From an uncultured delta proteobacterium (GTDB lineage Bacteria > Myxococcota > Myxococcia > Myxococcales > Myxococcaceae), in assembly GCA_963713045.1 (NCBI GenBank), contig CAVQKE010000001.1, positions 192,001 to 256,000 of the forward strand: 64,000 nucleotides of DNA, written 5' to 3'. Shown here piece by piece: positions 10,535 through 22,200 of the stretch (within the stretch, counting starts at the first letter, position 1; every line of letters begins with the position of its first letter). Position numbers and translations under genes: made by a program. Under the pieces are notes generated by a model. The model was not told the DNA's origin. It made no database searches and was given only the letters and a program-made list of their open reading frames with translations.

Positions 10535-11124
10535 CGCCGGACCCCCTGAACCGGCTGGTGGCCGCCCTGGCCAAGCTGCCAGGCATCGGCGAGAAAACGG
10601 CGCAACGGCTGGCCTTCCACATTCTCCGCGCCCCGCCCGAGCTGGCCGCCGAGTTGGGTCAAGCGCTGGCCGAGGTGAAGACGAAAGTTCGGCTGTGCGT
10701 GCGCTGCTTTGCCCTGACGGAGGCCGAGCTGTGCCGCTTCTGCACCGACAGCCGGCGCGAAGAGCGTGTGCTGTGCGTGGTGGAGGGCATTGCGGATTTG
10801 ATGGCGGTCGAGCGGACACGAGAATTCAAGGGCCGTTACCACGTGCTGCACGGCGTCCTTTCCCCGCTGGACGGCACCGGGCCGGACCAGCTGCGTATCC
10901 GCGAGCTGCTGCAGCGGCTGGAGGACGGCACGGTGGAGGAGTTGATTGTGGCCACCAACCCGGATGTGGAGGGCGAGGCCACTGCCCTGTACCTGCAGCG
11001 GCTGCTGAAACCCACCGGCATCCGCCTGACGCGGCTGGCGCAGGGACTCCCGATGGGCGGGGACCTCGAATTCGCAGACCAGGCCACGCTGGCCCGCGCC
11101 CTGGCCGGCCGCCGGGAGCTTTAA
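10531..11124 (+). CDS. recR: Recombination mediator RecR
   Basis: LPGIGEKTAQRLAF, C4 Zn finger, YHVLHG, ATNPDVEGEATA (Toprim). Confidence 0.97.
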   Translation: MTPDPLNRLVAALAKLPGIGEKTAQRLAFHILRAPPELAAELGQALAEVKTKVRLCVRCFALTEAELCRFCTDSRREERVLCVVEGIADLMAVERTREFKGRYHVLHGVLSPLDGTGPDQLRIRELLQRLEDGTVEELIVATNPDVEGEATALYLQRLLKPTGIRLTRLAQGLPMGGDLEFADQATLARALAGRREL

Positions 11125-11135
11125 ACCGGGGCCCT

Positions 11136-12701
11136 TCAGCTGGGCAACGTCACCCCAAGGTCGAGCAGCACGCGCATCGCCGCGTTGTGGCCGGCGGCGC
11201 CGACGACACTGCCCGCCGGGTGGCAGCCGGCGCTGGCGGCGTAGAGGCCTCCCACCGGGGTGCGGTAAGCCACTCGGTCGGTAAAGCCGAAGGCGTTGTC
11301 CACGTGGTGAATGTGGCCGCGGGTAATGCCGAAGTGCTTCTCAATTTTCTCCGGGTGCAGGGCGAAGGTGTCCACCACCAAGTCACTTGTCCCAGGGGCG
11401 AAGCGGTCACACAGCGAGAGGAGGTGGCGGACGTAGCGCTCCTCTTGCGCTTCCCATGTCGTCCCGGACAACCGGTAGGGGACCCACTGGACGAAGAGGG
11501 CGGCGTTGTGGTGGCCCTGGGCGTCCCGCAGCGTCGGGTCGACGGTGGTGTGGACGTACCACTCGATGGTGGGAAAGTCTGGCAGCCGTCCCGCGGCCAC
11601 GTCCGCGAAGCTGGCGCGCAGCGAGGCCATGACTTCGCCCTCGTCCGGCAACAGGTGCATGGTGCTGCCGAATTGGCCCTTGTCCTCGGGGAGGCAGCTG
11701 AAGCGGGGCAGGCCGCGCAGGGCGAGGTTGACTTTGAGGGTGGTGCCGTCCTTGCGCAGCCCGTCCAGCTTCCGGTTGAAGGCCTCGCCCAGGCTCTCCG
11801 CGCCGACCAACTCCCGCATTCGGAAGACGTCGGCCCCCACCACCACGCAGCCTGTCCGGAAGGTGCGGCCGTCGGCCAGCGCGACGCCACAGACGCTGCC
11901 TCCTCTGGTTTCCACCCGCGCCACTTTGGCCGACGTCTCGAAGCGCGCGCCGGCAGCACGGCCCAACGCAGCCAGCCCCTGCGTCACGCTGCCCATCCCC
12001 CCTTGGACAATCATCCACGTGCCACCGCTGCCGGGGAGACGGCACATGTTGTGGACCAGGAAATTCATCCCCGTCCCAGGGGTATCCCAGGTGCCGTTGA
12101 GGCCACTGAAGCCGTCGGTGACGGCGTACATCGCCCGAAGCAAGTCGCTCTTGAAGCCGAAGCGGTCGAGGTACTGCCCCACCGGCTTTCGGCACAGGCC
12201 GAGGAAGGTGTCCCGTAGCTCCGGGCGGACATACCGCTCGGCCGTCTCCTCGAGACTGTCGGGTTCCTGGAGCCAGCTTGGGGCGACGTCGTCCCGCAGC
12301 TGTCCAATCTCCTGTTGAAGTCGCTCGTTGGCCGCCCAGTCCGCCTTGGAGAAGAAGGCCTCGAATTGGGCCTGCATCGCCGCCCGGTCGCTGCCAAAGA
12401 GGAGGTAGCGCTGCCCAGTGGTGGGAAGAAAGTAGTGCGGGTCCCGGCGCAAAAGGGTCAGCTTCAGCCCCAGCTTGGCCATCAGCTCAGGCGGCATCAC
12501 CCCAAGGAGGTAGGCGCCGGTGGAGGTGCCAAGGTGGGGCGCTTTTCGGAAGGGGTGCTCCGTCTTCGCGGCCCCGCCCACCTCCGGCTTTTCCTCGAGC
12601 ACGAGGACGCGCAGCCCGGCCCGGGCCAGCAGCGTCGCCGCGACCAGCCCGTTGTGGCCCGCGCCCACCACCACCACGTCTGTGACAGCCGTCTGGGACA
12701 T
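11136..12701 (-). CDS. Phytoene-dehydrogenase-like FAD oxidoreductase
   Basis: VVGAGHNGLVAA, LEEKPEVGGA, C-terminal GCHPAGSVVGAAGHNAA. Confidence 0.85.
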   Translation of the reverse strand: MSQTAVTDVVVVGAGHNGLVAATLLARAGLRVLVLEEKPEVGGAAKTEHPFRKAPHLGTSTGAYLLGVMPPELMAKLGLKLTLLRRDPHYFLPTTGQRYLLFGSDRAAMQAQFEAFFSKADWAANERLQQEIGQLRDDVAPSWLQEPDSLEETAERYVRPELRDTFLGLCRKPVGQYLDRFGFKSDLLRAMYAVTDGFSGLNGTWDTPGTGMNFLVHNMCRLPGSGGTWMIVQGGMGSVTQGLAALGRAAGARFETSAKVARVETRGGSVCGVALADGRTFRTGCVVVGADVFRMRELVGAESLGEAFNRKLDGLRKDGTTLKVNLALRGLPRFSCLPEDKGQFGSTMHLLPDEGEVMASLRASFADVAAGRLPDFPTIEWYVHTTVDPTLRDAQGHHNAALFVQWVPYRLSGTTWEAQEERYVRHLLSLCDRFAPGTSDLVVDTFALHPEKIEKHFGITRGHIHHVDNAFGFTDRVAYRTPVGGLYAASAGCHPAGSVVGAAGHNAAMRVLLDLGVTLPS

Positions 12702-12808
12702 GCCTTGGGGGGACCTTGCGCGCGACAAAGCTAGCTCAAGCAGTGACGCCAATGGTGCGGGGCCACGTCGCCAGCCCCGCTTGGGTGGCTATGCGCGGGC
12801 CGACGGCG

Positions 12809-14767
12809 CTAAGGGACCGCTGCCGAGGTTGGCGCGCGCAGCTTTTCCTCAAGGAAGAGGCTCAGCGTGGTGGCGAGCAGCGCACGGGCCTCTTCGCCAT
12901 TCAGTGCCGGGCCTTCGTCCACGGCCAACAGGTACCAGTCCGCGCGCCCCCGGGTGTGAATGAGTTGCTGGGCCTGGGTGGCGGGGAGGCGGGCATCCTG
13001 CTTGGCTTGCACCAGGAGGAGTGAGGCCGGCATGCGCTCCACAGCCGCCAATGGGGAGAGGCGCTCCAGCACTGCGCGCACCTCCGGCCGACGCTCGTCG
13101 CCGTATTCGGCCCGGAGGGCTTCGCGCCGGTAGGGCGGCGCAGTTTCTACAAAGGAGGACAGCTGCCAAGGGCCCCCTTCGTCCGCCACCGCGCGGAAGG
13201 CCGTCGGGTACAAGGCAGCGGCGGTGAGGGCCAGGTAGCCGCCATAGCCGTGGCCCCAGGCCGCCAGGCGCGAGGCGTCGACGCCCGGCTGTCGGGCCAG
13301 CATGGCCAGCGTGGCCGGAATGTCCTGCAGCAGCGTCAGCTCGCGAAGGACGCCGTCATCCAGCGCACCGAAGGCCTTGCCAAAGCCGGTCGAGCCCCGC
13401 AGGTTGGGGGCCAGCACGGCCAGTCCGTGCTCCAACAGCAATTGGTAATCCCAGCGGAAGACGGGGCGCTCTTGGGCACTAGGGCCGTCGTGCAACGCCA
13501 GCACCACCGGCACTTGGGTGCCCACCGGGACCTCGCTGGGCAGGTAGAGGAAGGCCGAGAGGGAAAGGCCGTCCTTGGTCACGTACCGCACAAGCTTCGG
13601 CGCCACCAACCGGCGCGTGTCGACTCCCCCCACCTCACTCTTCGTCCAGCGAACAAGCTTCCTCGTCTTCAAGGAGAAGGCCCAGACGTCGGCCGGCGAG
13701 GTGGGGCTCTCCAGCGAGAAGAAGAGGACCTCCCCTTTGCCCGGGGCAAACCGCAGGTCGTGCAGCACGCCCTCCGGAAGCGGCAGCGCTTCGGCCCGTC
13801 GGCCGCGGACAAGGTAGGCGCGAGAATAGCCGGCCTCATTGGTGGAGAAGACGAGCGTCCCGTCCGTCGACACCGCCACCTCCTCCACTTCGGCGGGGAC
13901 GTCCGCCACCACCGCCTCCGGCACGGCCTGCGGTGGGTCGAGGGGCAAACGCCGCAGGGTGGTGAAGTCCGTGCCGTCCAACAGCAGGTACACCGCCCTG
14001 CCGTCGGCGCTGAACCGGGCCGCGCGTACACCGGCTCTCGACCCCTCGGGCCCGGTCACCAGCAGGCGGCGGGCCCCGCGGGCAATGTCCAACAGCCACA
14101 GTCGGCCGGCTTCGCCGTCCGGTCCCTCGGCAACCAGCAGCTGGCTTCCGTCCGGAGAAAACTCGAGCGGTAGCCAGCGCCCCTGGAGCGCCGTGAGGCG
14201 CCGTGCCGCGTGGGCGTCTGCCACTTCTGCCAAGTAGACGTCGCTGTCCAGCCCAGTGCGTCGGGTGCTGCTGTAGGCAAGCCACCGCCCGTCCGGGGAG
14301 AGAACAAACGTCTCGTGGTGGCTGGTGCCGTCGGTGAGGAGCTCGGTCCGCCCGGTGCGCAAGTCCAGCCGGAAGAGCTGCAACGCACCGCCTTTGCGGG
14401 CCCCCTCTTGGAGGAAGAGGAGTGTGGAGGAGTCGCCCGGGAGGAAGGCCGCTCGGCCGACGGGTGCCTCAAAAAAGGTGAGCTGCTCACGCATGCCCAG
14501 CGGCTGGGAAAGCCGGTGCAGCTGAGGGCTGGAGCCGAACTGCGTGGCCACCAGCACCAGGCGACCGCCCTCCGACACGTCGCGAAGGGCGGCCGAGCGC
14601 GCTTGCGCATATTGGAGCACACGCGCCGAAAGCGCCGGGGGGAGGGGCGGAAGGTTGGCGCCCAGAAAGCCGGCGTGCCCTGGGACCGCCTCCAGCACCA
14701 GTGCGTCCCGGAGGGGCGGCATCCCTTGGGCCAGCACCAGTGCGAGGACTGTCCACAGCTTTGCCAA
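12809..14767 (-). CDS. Secreted S9 (beta-propeller + alpha/beta hydrolase) peptidase homologue, apparently catalytically inactive
   Basis: Signal peptide, propeller repeats, PNLRGSTGFG; GHGYGG in place of GxSYGG and DEGP in place of DEGH. Confidence 0.8.
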   Translation of the reverse strand: MAKLWTVLALVLAQGMPPLRDALVLEAVPGHAGFLGANLPPLPPALSARVLQYAQARSAALRDVSEGGRLVLVATQFGSSPQLHRLSQPLGMREQLTFFEAPVGRAAFLPGDSSTLLFLQEGARKGGALQLFRLDLRTGRTELLTDGTSHHETFVLSPDGRWLAYSSTRRTGLDSDVYLAEVADAHAARRLTALQGRWLPLEFSPDGSQLLVAEGPDGEAGRLWLLDIARGARRLLVTGPEGSRAGVRAARFSADGRAVYLLLDGTDFTTLRRLPLDPPQAVPEAVVADVPAEVEEVAVSTDGTLVFSTNEAGYSRAYLVRGRRAEALPLPEGVLHDLRFAPGKGEVLFFSLESPTSPADVWAFSLKTRKLVRWTKSEVGGVDTRRLVAPKLVRYVTKDGLSLSAFLYLPSEVPVGTQVPVVLALHDGPSAQERPVFRWDYQLLLEHGLAVLAPNLRGSTGFGKAFGALDDGVLRELTLLQDIPATLAMLARQPGVDASRLAAWGHGYGGYLALTAAALYPTAFRAVADEGGPWQLSSFVETAPPYRREALRAEYGDERRPEVRAVLERLSPLAAVERMPASLLLVQAKQDARLPATQAQQLIHTRGRADWYLLAVDEGPALNGEEARALLATTLSLFLEEKLRAPTSAAVP

Positions 14768-14898
14768 AAGAGGACTCCTGGAACCGGACGGCCGTGTGTG
14801 GTTAAGTCTCTAACCCTCCGAGTTCACTCCGAAAACCAGGGCAGCGCGGAGCGACCCAGCAGGACGCGATCGACAGCGAAGGGGACTGGTTCACGTCA

Positions 14899-15381
14899 AT
14901 GGGCACGCAACTGGTGATGTATGACGAGGAGTACAATCGCATCAACGCCGTCTGTGACCGACTCACCAAGGACGCCAACGCCAAAGTCGTCTTCTTGGTG
15001 GACAAGAATGGGCAGCTCATTTCCGCCTCCGGCCAAACCCAAAACATCGACACCACCTCGCTCGCCTCGCTCACGGCCGGCAACGTCGCCGCCATGGGGG
15101 GGTTGGCCAAGCTGATTGGGGAGAACGAATTTCCCAACCAAATTCATGAAGGAGCGCACGAGTCGCTCTACATGACGATTGTCGGCAGCCGGGTGGTTCT
15201 GGTGGTCATCTTCGAGACAAGCACCTCGCTCGGGCTGGTCCGACTCCGGGTGAAAAAGGCCTCTGATGAACTGGCGAGAATCTTCGAGGCGCTGCTCAAG
15301 AAGACCGAGAGCCCCGGAGGAATGGGGTCGCCCTTCGCCGAAATCTCCGACGACGACATCGACAACCTGTTCAGCGAGTAA
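14899..15381 (+). CDS. mglB: MglB roadblock GAP
   Basis: MGTQLVMYDEE, FLVDKNGQLI, SLASLTAGNVAAMGGLAKLIGE, acidic C-terminal DDDIDNLFSE. Confidence 0.97.
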   Translation: MGTQLVMYDEEYNRINAVCDRLTKDANAKVVFLVDKNGQLISASGQTQNIDTTSLASLTAGNVAAMGGLAKLIGENEFPNQIHEGAHESLYMTIVGSRVVLVVIFETSTSLGLVRLRVKKASDELARIFEALLKKTESPGGMGSPFAEISDDDIDNLFSE

Positions 15382-15395
15382 CCTGAAAAAAGACA

Positions 15396-15983
15396 ATGTC
15401 CTTCATCAACTACTCATCCCGCGAGATTAACTGCAAGATTGTCTATTACGGACCGGGACTCTGCGGGAAGACCACCAACCTGCAGTACATCTACAACAAG
15501 ACCAATCCTGAGACGAAGGGCAAGCTCATCTCGCTGTCCACCGAGACCGACCGCACCTTGTTTTTCGACTTCCTCCCCCTCTCACTGGGAGAGATTCGCG
15601 GCTTCAAGACGCGCTTTCACCTCTACACCGTCCCCGGCCAAGTCTTCTACGACGCCAGCCGCAAGCTCATCCTCAAGGGGGTCGACGGAGTTGTCTTCGT
15701 GGCCGACAGCCAGGTCGAACGGATGGAGGCCAACATGGAATCCTACGAAAACCTCAAGACCAACCTCGCCGAGCAGGGGTACGACCTGGCGAAGGTCCCC
15801 TCGGTGGTGCAGTACAACAAGCGAGACTTGCCCAACGCCGTGCCGGTGGAGGAACTGCGCGGCGTCCTCAATGCCAAGGGGGTGCCGGAATACCAGGCCG
15901 TCGCGCCCACCGGTGTCGGTGTGTTTGATACATTAAAAGCAGTGGCGAAATTGGTGCTGACGGAGTTGAAAAAGGGCGGCTGA
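15396..15983 (+). CDS. mglA: MglA small GTPase
   Basis: [37 protein letters not shown]. Confidence 0.98.
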   Translation: MSFINYSSREINCKIVYYGPGLCGKTTNLQYIYNKTNPETKGKLISLSTETDRTLFFDFLPLSLGEIRGFKTRFHLYTVPGQVFYDASRKLILKGVDGVVFVADSQVERMEANMESYENLKTNLAEQGYDLAKVPSVVQYNKRDLPNAVPVEELRGVLNAKGVPEYQAVAPTGVGVFDTLKAVAKLVLTELKKGG

Positions 15984-16066
15984 GCTGGATCGGCGAGCAC
16001 TGCTGTCCCTCGTGATATGTCTCGCCCACGTTCCCCTTCGGGGCAGCGCTCCACAGGAGCCATTCC

Positions 16067-16891
16067 GTGCGCCGGATTGCCGTCGTCGCCCTTGCCCTAG
16101 CGGTCCAACTCACCGGCGCCGCCGCCCTCGCGCAATCCGCGACCAAAACCACGGTCCAGCCGCCTCCTGGTGCGCCGGACAATCCCCCTGCCCCACCGCC
16201 GGACAAGCTCGGCACTCAGGAGGCCCCGCCCGCAACCGACATCGTCCCGCCGCCTCCACCCGCTGACGCCAAGGCCCCCGAGACCTCCGCACCCTCCACT
16301 GCCAGCGACGCCTTCAACACCCGGGTGAAGACGCTGGAAGAGCAGGTGGTGGACCTGAAGGAAAAAATCTACCGCACCAAGGCACGACTGCTGCTGCTTC
16401 AGGAGACGGTGTTGGGCGGGGATTTGAGCAGCGGCGCGCGCGCCATCATCTCCAGCAAGAACGAGATGGGCGGGACCTTTGCGCTGAACTCGGTGGCCTA
16501 CGCGCTGGACGGTGCCCCCATCTTCACCAAGACAGACAAGAAGGGGGACCTCGCCAACCAGCAGGACTTCGAGATTTTCAACGGCCGCATTGTGCCCGGC
16601 CAGCACCAAATTGCGGTGCGGCTGGTTTACCGGGGACGGGGGTATGGCGTCTTCAGCTACCTCGAAGGCTACAAATTCACCGTCACCTCCAGCTACACCT
16701 TCACCGCCGAGCCAGGAAAAGTCACCAACGTCAAAATCGTCGGCTACGAGAAGGGCGGCCTCACCACCGACCTCAAGGACCGACCTGCGGTCCGCTACGA
16801 CGTCGAAGTCACCAAGGACGCGGGCCTCAAGTCGGCGCAGGGCGAAGGGACGAAACCGGCGACGCCGGCCGGGCCTGCGGAGCAAAAGTGA
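16067..16891 (+). CDS. Secreted protein with Pro-rich region, coiled coil and beta domain; first gene of the Glt-like cluster
   Basis: Signal peptide, strongly biased codons, GTGA overlap with the next gene. Confidence 0.75.
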   Translation: MRRIAVVALALAVQLTGAAALAQSATKTTVQPPPGAPDNPPAPPPDKLGTQEAPPATDIVPPPPPADAKAPETSAPSTASDAFNTRVKTLEEQVVDLKEKIYRTKARLLLLQETVLGGDLSSGARAIISSKNEMGGTFALNSVAYALDGAPIFTKTDKKGDLANQQDFEIFNGRIVPGQHQIAVRLVYRGRGYGVFSYLEGYKFTVTSSYTFTAEPGKVTNVKIVGYEKGGLTTDLKDRPAVRYDVEVTKDAGLKSAQGEGTKPATPAGPAEQK

Positions 16892-19224
16892 TGCTTCGAG
16901 CCGGGTGGGTCGCGCTGCTGCCGGCGCTGCTGGCCGGCGTGGCGTCGGCGCAGGGCCGTTCAACGGCCCAGCTCTCGGCCCAGTTGGACCTGGTCCAGGC
17001 GCAGGCCAAGAACGCCGAGGAAAACCTCCAGGTGGTGGAGACGCAGTACGTCGGCCAGGCGGAGCCAACCGGCGAGGAAGCGCTGCTGCGGCGCTTCAGC
17101 GATGGGGAGATTCAGTACCTGCTCGGCGACTACGCCACCGCCTCGGTCCTCTTCTACGACTTGGTCGGAGACAAGACATTCCAGGCCAGCGCCAAGTACC
17201 CCGACGCGCTCTACTACCTGGGTGATGCCCTTTACCAACAGGGGAACTGGGCCAGCGCGCGGGTGTACCTGCGCACGCTGCTCGGCATCGACAGTGCGCA
17301 CTACCGTGAGGCGCTGGCCGAGTACCTCGAGGCCACAAGCAGACTGAATGACTTCAGCAACATCGAGGGCTACATCCAGCGGGCCCGCGGCCCCAACGGG
17401 GAGCTGCCGCCGGAACTGGCCTACATCTACGGCAAGTGGCTCTTCAAGCGAACCGACGTGCCCCCGGCACAGCGTTTTTCCGAAGCGGCCGCGGCCTTCG
17501 AAAAGCTGGCCGCACAGCCCGACGGCCGCTACCGGCTGCAGGCCCTCTACTTCCTCGGCGTCATCGAGGTGGAGCGCGGCAACTACGACGCCGCGCTGGC
17601 CCGCTTCGCCGAGGTGGCCAAGAGCAAGCCCAAGGACGCCAAGGAGCAGAAGCTGGTCGAGCTGGCCAACCTGTCAGAGGGCCGGGTGCTGGTGGAGCAG
17701 GGGAAGTTCGCCGAGGCCATCGACCGCTACCAGGAAATCCCCCGCGACAGCGATTCCTTTCCGGAGAGCATCTACGAGACGGCTTGGGCCAAGGTGCGTG
17801 CCGAGGACTTCGAGGGGGCGAAGAATGCCACCGACATTCTCCTCTTGGTGGCGCCTGACTCGACGCTGGCCCCGCAGGCCCAGATTCTCCAGGGCCACTT
17901 GCTCCTCAAACTGAAGCGGTACGGCGAGGCCACCGAGACCTACACCGGCGTCATCAACAACTACGCGCCGGTGCGCGATGAACTGGACGCGCTGCTCAAC
18001 GTCAACAAGGACCCGGTCACCTACTTCGACAACCTCCTGTTGCGAAACGAGCGCAACCTCGACGTGGGAAGCCTGCTTCCGCCGGTGGCTCTCAAGTGGG
18101 CCACCACCCAATCCGAGGTCAGCGACGCCCTCGGCGTGGTGAAGGCGATGGAGGACGGGCGCCGGGGTGTCAACGACGGACAGACCCTGGCCAACCGCAT
18201 TCTCAAGACGCTCGGCGAGCGCGGGATGGAGGCCTTCCCAGCGCTGCAGGAGGGCTACACCCGCGCCGATGCCATCTCCAATGCGCTGGTGTCCGCCGAG
18301 CAGGCGCTGACCGACGTCGAAGTCGAGCTGGTGTCCCCGGTGCTGACCGCCGATGAGAAGGCGCAGCTGCAGTCGCTGCGCGCCAGCAACGCCACCGCCC
18401 GCACGCAGCTGGCCACGCTCCCCACTTCCAACACTGCGGTGGCCAGCCGGCGCCAGGCGATGCAGGAGCGCGTCGACGTCCTGGACAAAGAGGCGTTCCG
18501 CCTGGGCTATGAGTTGCAGAGTATGAATGCGGTACTGGCCGCCGTGCAGAAGTGGGTGGTGGATACCCGCGGGCAACGCGGCGGGACCGCCGCCGATGAG
18601 AAGGCCTTTCAGGAGCGGGTGCGCACCGAGCAGCAGTCCGCCGCCGCGCTGGAGAAGGAGATTGAGGCGGTCCGCGCCGAGCTGCGCGATGCCCGCGCCA
18701 AGGTGGACACGTCGCTGGCCGGCGAGGAGCAGCTCCGGGCGGAAGTGACTTCCATCGAATCCCAAGCGCACCAAGTCATCGCCCAGGCCGAAGGGCGACT
18801 CACCGACTCGACTGCCCTGGCCCTCATCGCTCGGGCCCATGCCACCCGCCTCCGGCTGGACGCCATCGCCCAACGCAACGAGGTGGCCAAGGTGGCGCTG
18901 CAAAACCGGGTGCGAAAGAAGGGCGATGAGATTCGCGACAAGGTGGTGGCCGAGCAGCTGCTGCTGCAACAGTACGACGGCGATGTCACCCGCGCCTCCG
19001 GGGAGGCGCGACAGCTGGTGGGCAGAATCGCTTTCGACAGCTTCCGCCGCGTGCGGGGCCAATTCTATGACCTGGTGCTGAAGGCCGACGTGGGCGTGGT
19101 GGACGTGGCCTTCACCCGAAAGCGGGACAAGACGAGCGACATCCAAAAGGAGGCCGCACAGAAGGACCGCGAGCTGAAGGCGCTGGACGAAGAATTCAAG
19201 GAAGTCCTCAAGGACGTCGACTAG
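16888..19224 (+). CDS. Secreted TPR/coiled-coil protein (Glt-like cluster)
   Basis: Signal peptide, TPR motifs, C-terminal coiled coil. Confidence 0.8.
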   Translation: MMLRAGWVALLPALLAGVASAQGRSTAQLSAQLDLVQAQAKNAEENLQVVETQYVGQAEPTGEEALLRRFSDGEIQYLLGDYATASVLFYDLVGDKTFQASAKYPDALYYLGDALYQQGNWASARVYLRTLLGIDSAHYREALAEYLEATSRLNDFSNIEGYIQRARGPNGELPPELAYIYGKWLFKRTDVPPAQRFSEAAAAFEKLAAQPDGRYRLQALYFLGVIEVERGNYDAALARFAEVAKSKPKDAKEQKLVELANLSEGRVLVEQGKFAEAIDRYQEIPRDSDSFPESIYETAWAKVRAEDFEGAKNATDILLLVAPDSTLAPQAQILQGHLLLKLKRYGEATETYTGVINNYAPVRDELDALLNVNKDPVTYFDNLLLRNERNLDVGSLLPPVALKWATTQSEVSDALGVVKAMEDGRRGVNDGQTLANRILKTLGERGMEAFPALQEGYTRADAISNALVSAEQALTDVEVELVSPVLTADEKAQLQSLRASNATARTQLATLPTSNTAVASRRQAMQERVDVLDKEAFRLGYELQSMNAVLAAVQKWVVDTRGQRGGTAADEKAFQERVRTEQQSAAALEKEIEAVRAELRDARAKVDTSLAGEEQLRAEVTSIESQAHQVIAQAEGRLTDSTALALIARAHATRLRLDAIAQRNEVAKVALQNRVRKKGDEIRDKVVAEQLLLQQYDGDVTRASGEARQLVGRIAFDSFRRVRGQFYDLVLKADVGVVDVAFTRKRDKTSDIQKEAAQKDRELKALDEEFKEVLKDVD

Positions 19225-19229
19225 GGCCC

Positions 19230-22200
19230 ATGCTGCTCCTCCCCTTCCTCCTGGTGGTCTTGGCACAAGCGCCCGCTCCGGCGGCCGCCAAAGGGGCCGC
19301 GCCTGTACCGGCGGCTCCCGCCGCGGCCGAAAGCAGCCAGGAGGAGAAGGCCGACGTCTCCCCGGAGAATCCCGCCCCGCCCAACCCGATGCGGGGCCTG
19401 GGCCGCACCCCAGAAGAGCAGCGGCAGCTGGACGAGATTGGCCAGGCCATCCAGGCCTACGAGGCCGAGGCCGCCGAGTTCCGCAAGGACGTCCAGCTGT
19501 TGGTGCAGAAGAAGTACGAGGAGAAGCGCAACGCGCTGGGCGCCTCCTACGAGAAGGCGATTCGGGACTTGGAAGTCATCGAACGCAAAGAGCGCCTCGA
19601 CGCCATCGCCCAGTTCGAGGAATTCCTCCAGCGCTACCCCGACGAGGCCCGCTACACGCCAGACGTCATGTTTCGGCTGGCGGAGCTGTACTACGAGCGC
19701 TCCAGCGACGACCACCTCATCGCACTGCGCGAATACGAGGACAAGCTGAAGGCCACCGAGGCCAGCCCCACCGCCGAGCCGCCGCCCGAGCCGGTGCCGG
19801 ACTTCCAACCTTCCATCGGCATCTACCAGCAACTCATTACCCGCTTCCCGGCCTATCACCTCAACGACGCCGCCTACTACTTGCTGGGGTACTGCCTGGA
19901 AAAGCAGAACGACTTCGACAACGGGCAGGTGGCCTACAAGACGCTCATCGCCCGCTACCCGAAGAGCAAATTCGTCACCGAAGCCTGGGTCCGCATCGGC
20001 GAGTACTACTTCGACGCCTACAACGACAAGGGAGCGTTGGCCAAGGCGGCGGAGGCCTACGAGGCCGCGGTGAAAGACACCAAGAGCCCGCTCTACGACA
20101 AGGCGCTCTACAAGCTTGGGTGGACCTACTACAAAATGGACCGCTTCGAGGACGCGGTCAGCCGCTTCCTCGCCCTGGCCGACTACTACGAGGCGCAGAA
20201 GAAGGACACCGGCACCGAGACCGGCGGGGACCTGCGCAACGAGGCGCTGCAGTACGCAGCCATCAGCCTGGCCGACGAGACTTGGGGCTCGGTGGACCGG
20301 GCCAAGGCCACCTTTGCCAAGCTGGGGCCGCGGCCCTACGAGGCCGAGGTCTACAAGAAAATGGGCGACGTCTTCTTCGACCAGACACGCCACCCCGAAG
20401 CCGTGGCCGCCTACCAGTTGGCCCTCTCCAAGAATCCCCTGATGGACGAGGCGCCCTTCGTCCAGCAGCGAATTGTCGAAGCCTACGAGAGGGACCGAAA
20501 GCTGGACGAGGCCTTCAAAGAATCCGAGAAGCTGGCCAGCGGCTATGGCCCGGGCACGGCCTGGTACGAGAAGCACAAGCGGGACCCGGACTTCATCTCC
20601 CAGGTGCAGACGTTGGCCGAGAAGAGCCTCTACGGCAGCGCCGTTTACCACCACCAGCAGGCCCTGGCGCTCAAAGGGCAAGGGAAGCTGGAAGAGGCCA
20701 AGTCCGCTTTTGAGATTGCGGCGCGCGCCTACGCCTCCTACCTACAACGCTACCCGCGCAGCAAGAATTCGTATGAGGTGCAGTTCTTCGCCGCCGAGTG
20801 CCAATACAACTCACTTCAATTCGCCGCAGCGGCACAAAACTACGACGCCGTCCGCGACTCCACCGCCGACACCCGCTACACCAAAGACGCCGCCTTCAAC
20901 GCCGTCCTGGCCTGGCAGAAGCTGCTCGAGCAGCTGCAGCGCGACAAGAAGTTGGCTGCCTACCCGGTGCTGCGCAGCAAGGAGCGGCCCGAGGGAGAGC
21001 AGGTCAAGGCCATCCCGTTGGCCGACGTGGAAAAGCACTTCATCGCCGCCTCCGACGCCTACGTGGCGGCCTACGGCAAGGACGACAAGGCCCCGGGCGT
21101 GGCCTACAAGGCCGCCGAGCTCTTCTACGCGCACAATGACTTTCCCGAAGCCCGCAAACGCTTCGAGCTCATCATCCAAACCTACCCGCGCAACGAGGTG
21201 GCGAAGTTCGCCACCAACCTCATCGTCGAAAGCTACCTCGTCGACAAGGACTGGAAGAGCGTGGAGCAGGTTTCAGCGCGACTGGCCCAAAACAGCGCCG
21301 TCATCGACCCGAAGAGCGACCTCTACCGGGACCTCAACAAATTCAAACTCGCCGGCCGCTTCAAGCTGGCCGATGAGCTGATGGCCAAAGGCGACTACGA
21401 CGGTGCCGCTAAGAAATACATCGAGCTGGTCGACGAGGACCCGAAGAATGAGTTTGCCGACAAGGCGCTCAACAACGCTGCCGTGGCCTATGAGAATACC
21501 CGGCGCTTCGAGTCGGCCCTCAAGCTGTACGAGCGAATTTTTCGCGAGTACCCCAACAGCAAGCTGGCCGACGCGGCCCTCTTCCGGGTGGCCGTCAACG
21601 CCGAAAACAGCTACGACTTCGACAAGGCGGTGGAGAATTACCAGCGCCTGGTGAAGGACTATCCGGCGAGCAAGAACCGAGAGGCGGCCCTCTTCAACGC
21701 CGGACGCCTGCTGGAAGGCCAGCAGCGCTACCGCGAGGCGGCCCAAACCTTTACCCGCTACGTGGAACTCTTTCCCAACGCCGAGGATGCGCCAAAAAAC
21801 CAGTACCGCGCGGCGCTCCTCTACGAGAAGCAGGGAGACCCGAAGGGCGAAATCAAGGCCCTCGAGGCCTTCGTCAAGAAGTTCTCCAGCAAGCCCCAGC
21901 AGGCCGAGCTGGTGGTGGACGCCCAGAAGCGCATCGGCGAGGCCTACCAGAAGCTGCAGGATGACCGGGCTGCCCGCCGCGCCTTCGAAGAGGCGGCCCG
22001 TGAATTCGACCGGCGCGGCCTCAAGCCCGAGGCGGCGCCGCTGGCCGCCGAGGCCGCCGCCCAGGCCCGCTTCCAGCTGGCGGAATATCAATTCAAGGAC
22101 TTTGACAAGCTGAAGATTGGCGGCCGGGGCAAGGCACTGGAGAAAAGCTTCGCCGTGAAGCGCGCCGCGGTGAAGAAGGTGAATGACGCGTACGGTGAAG

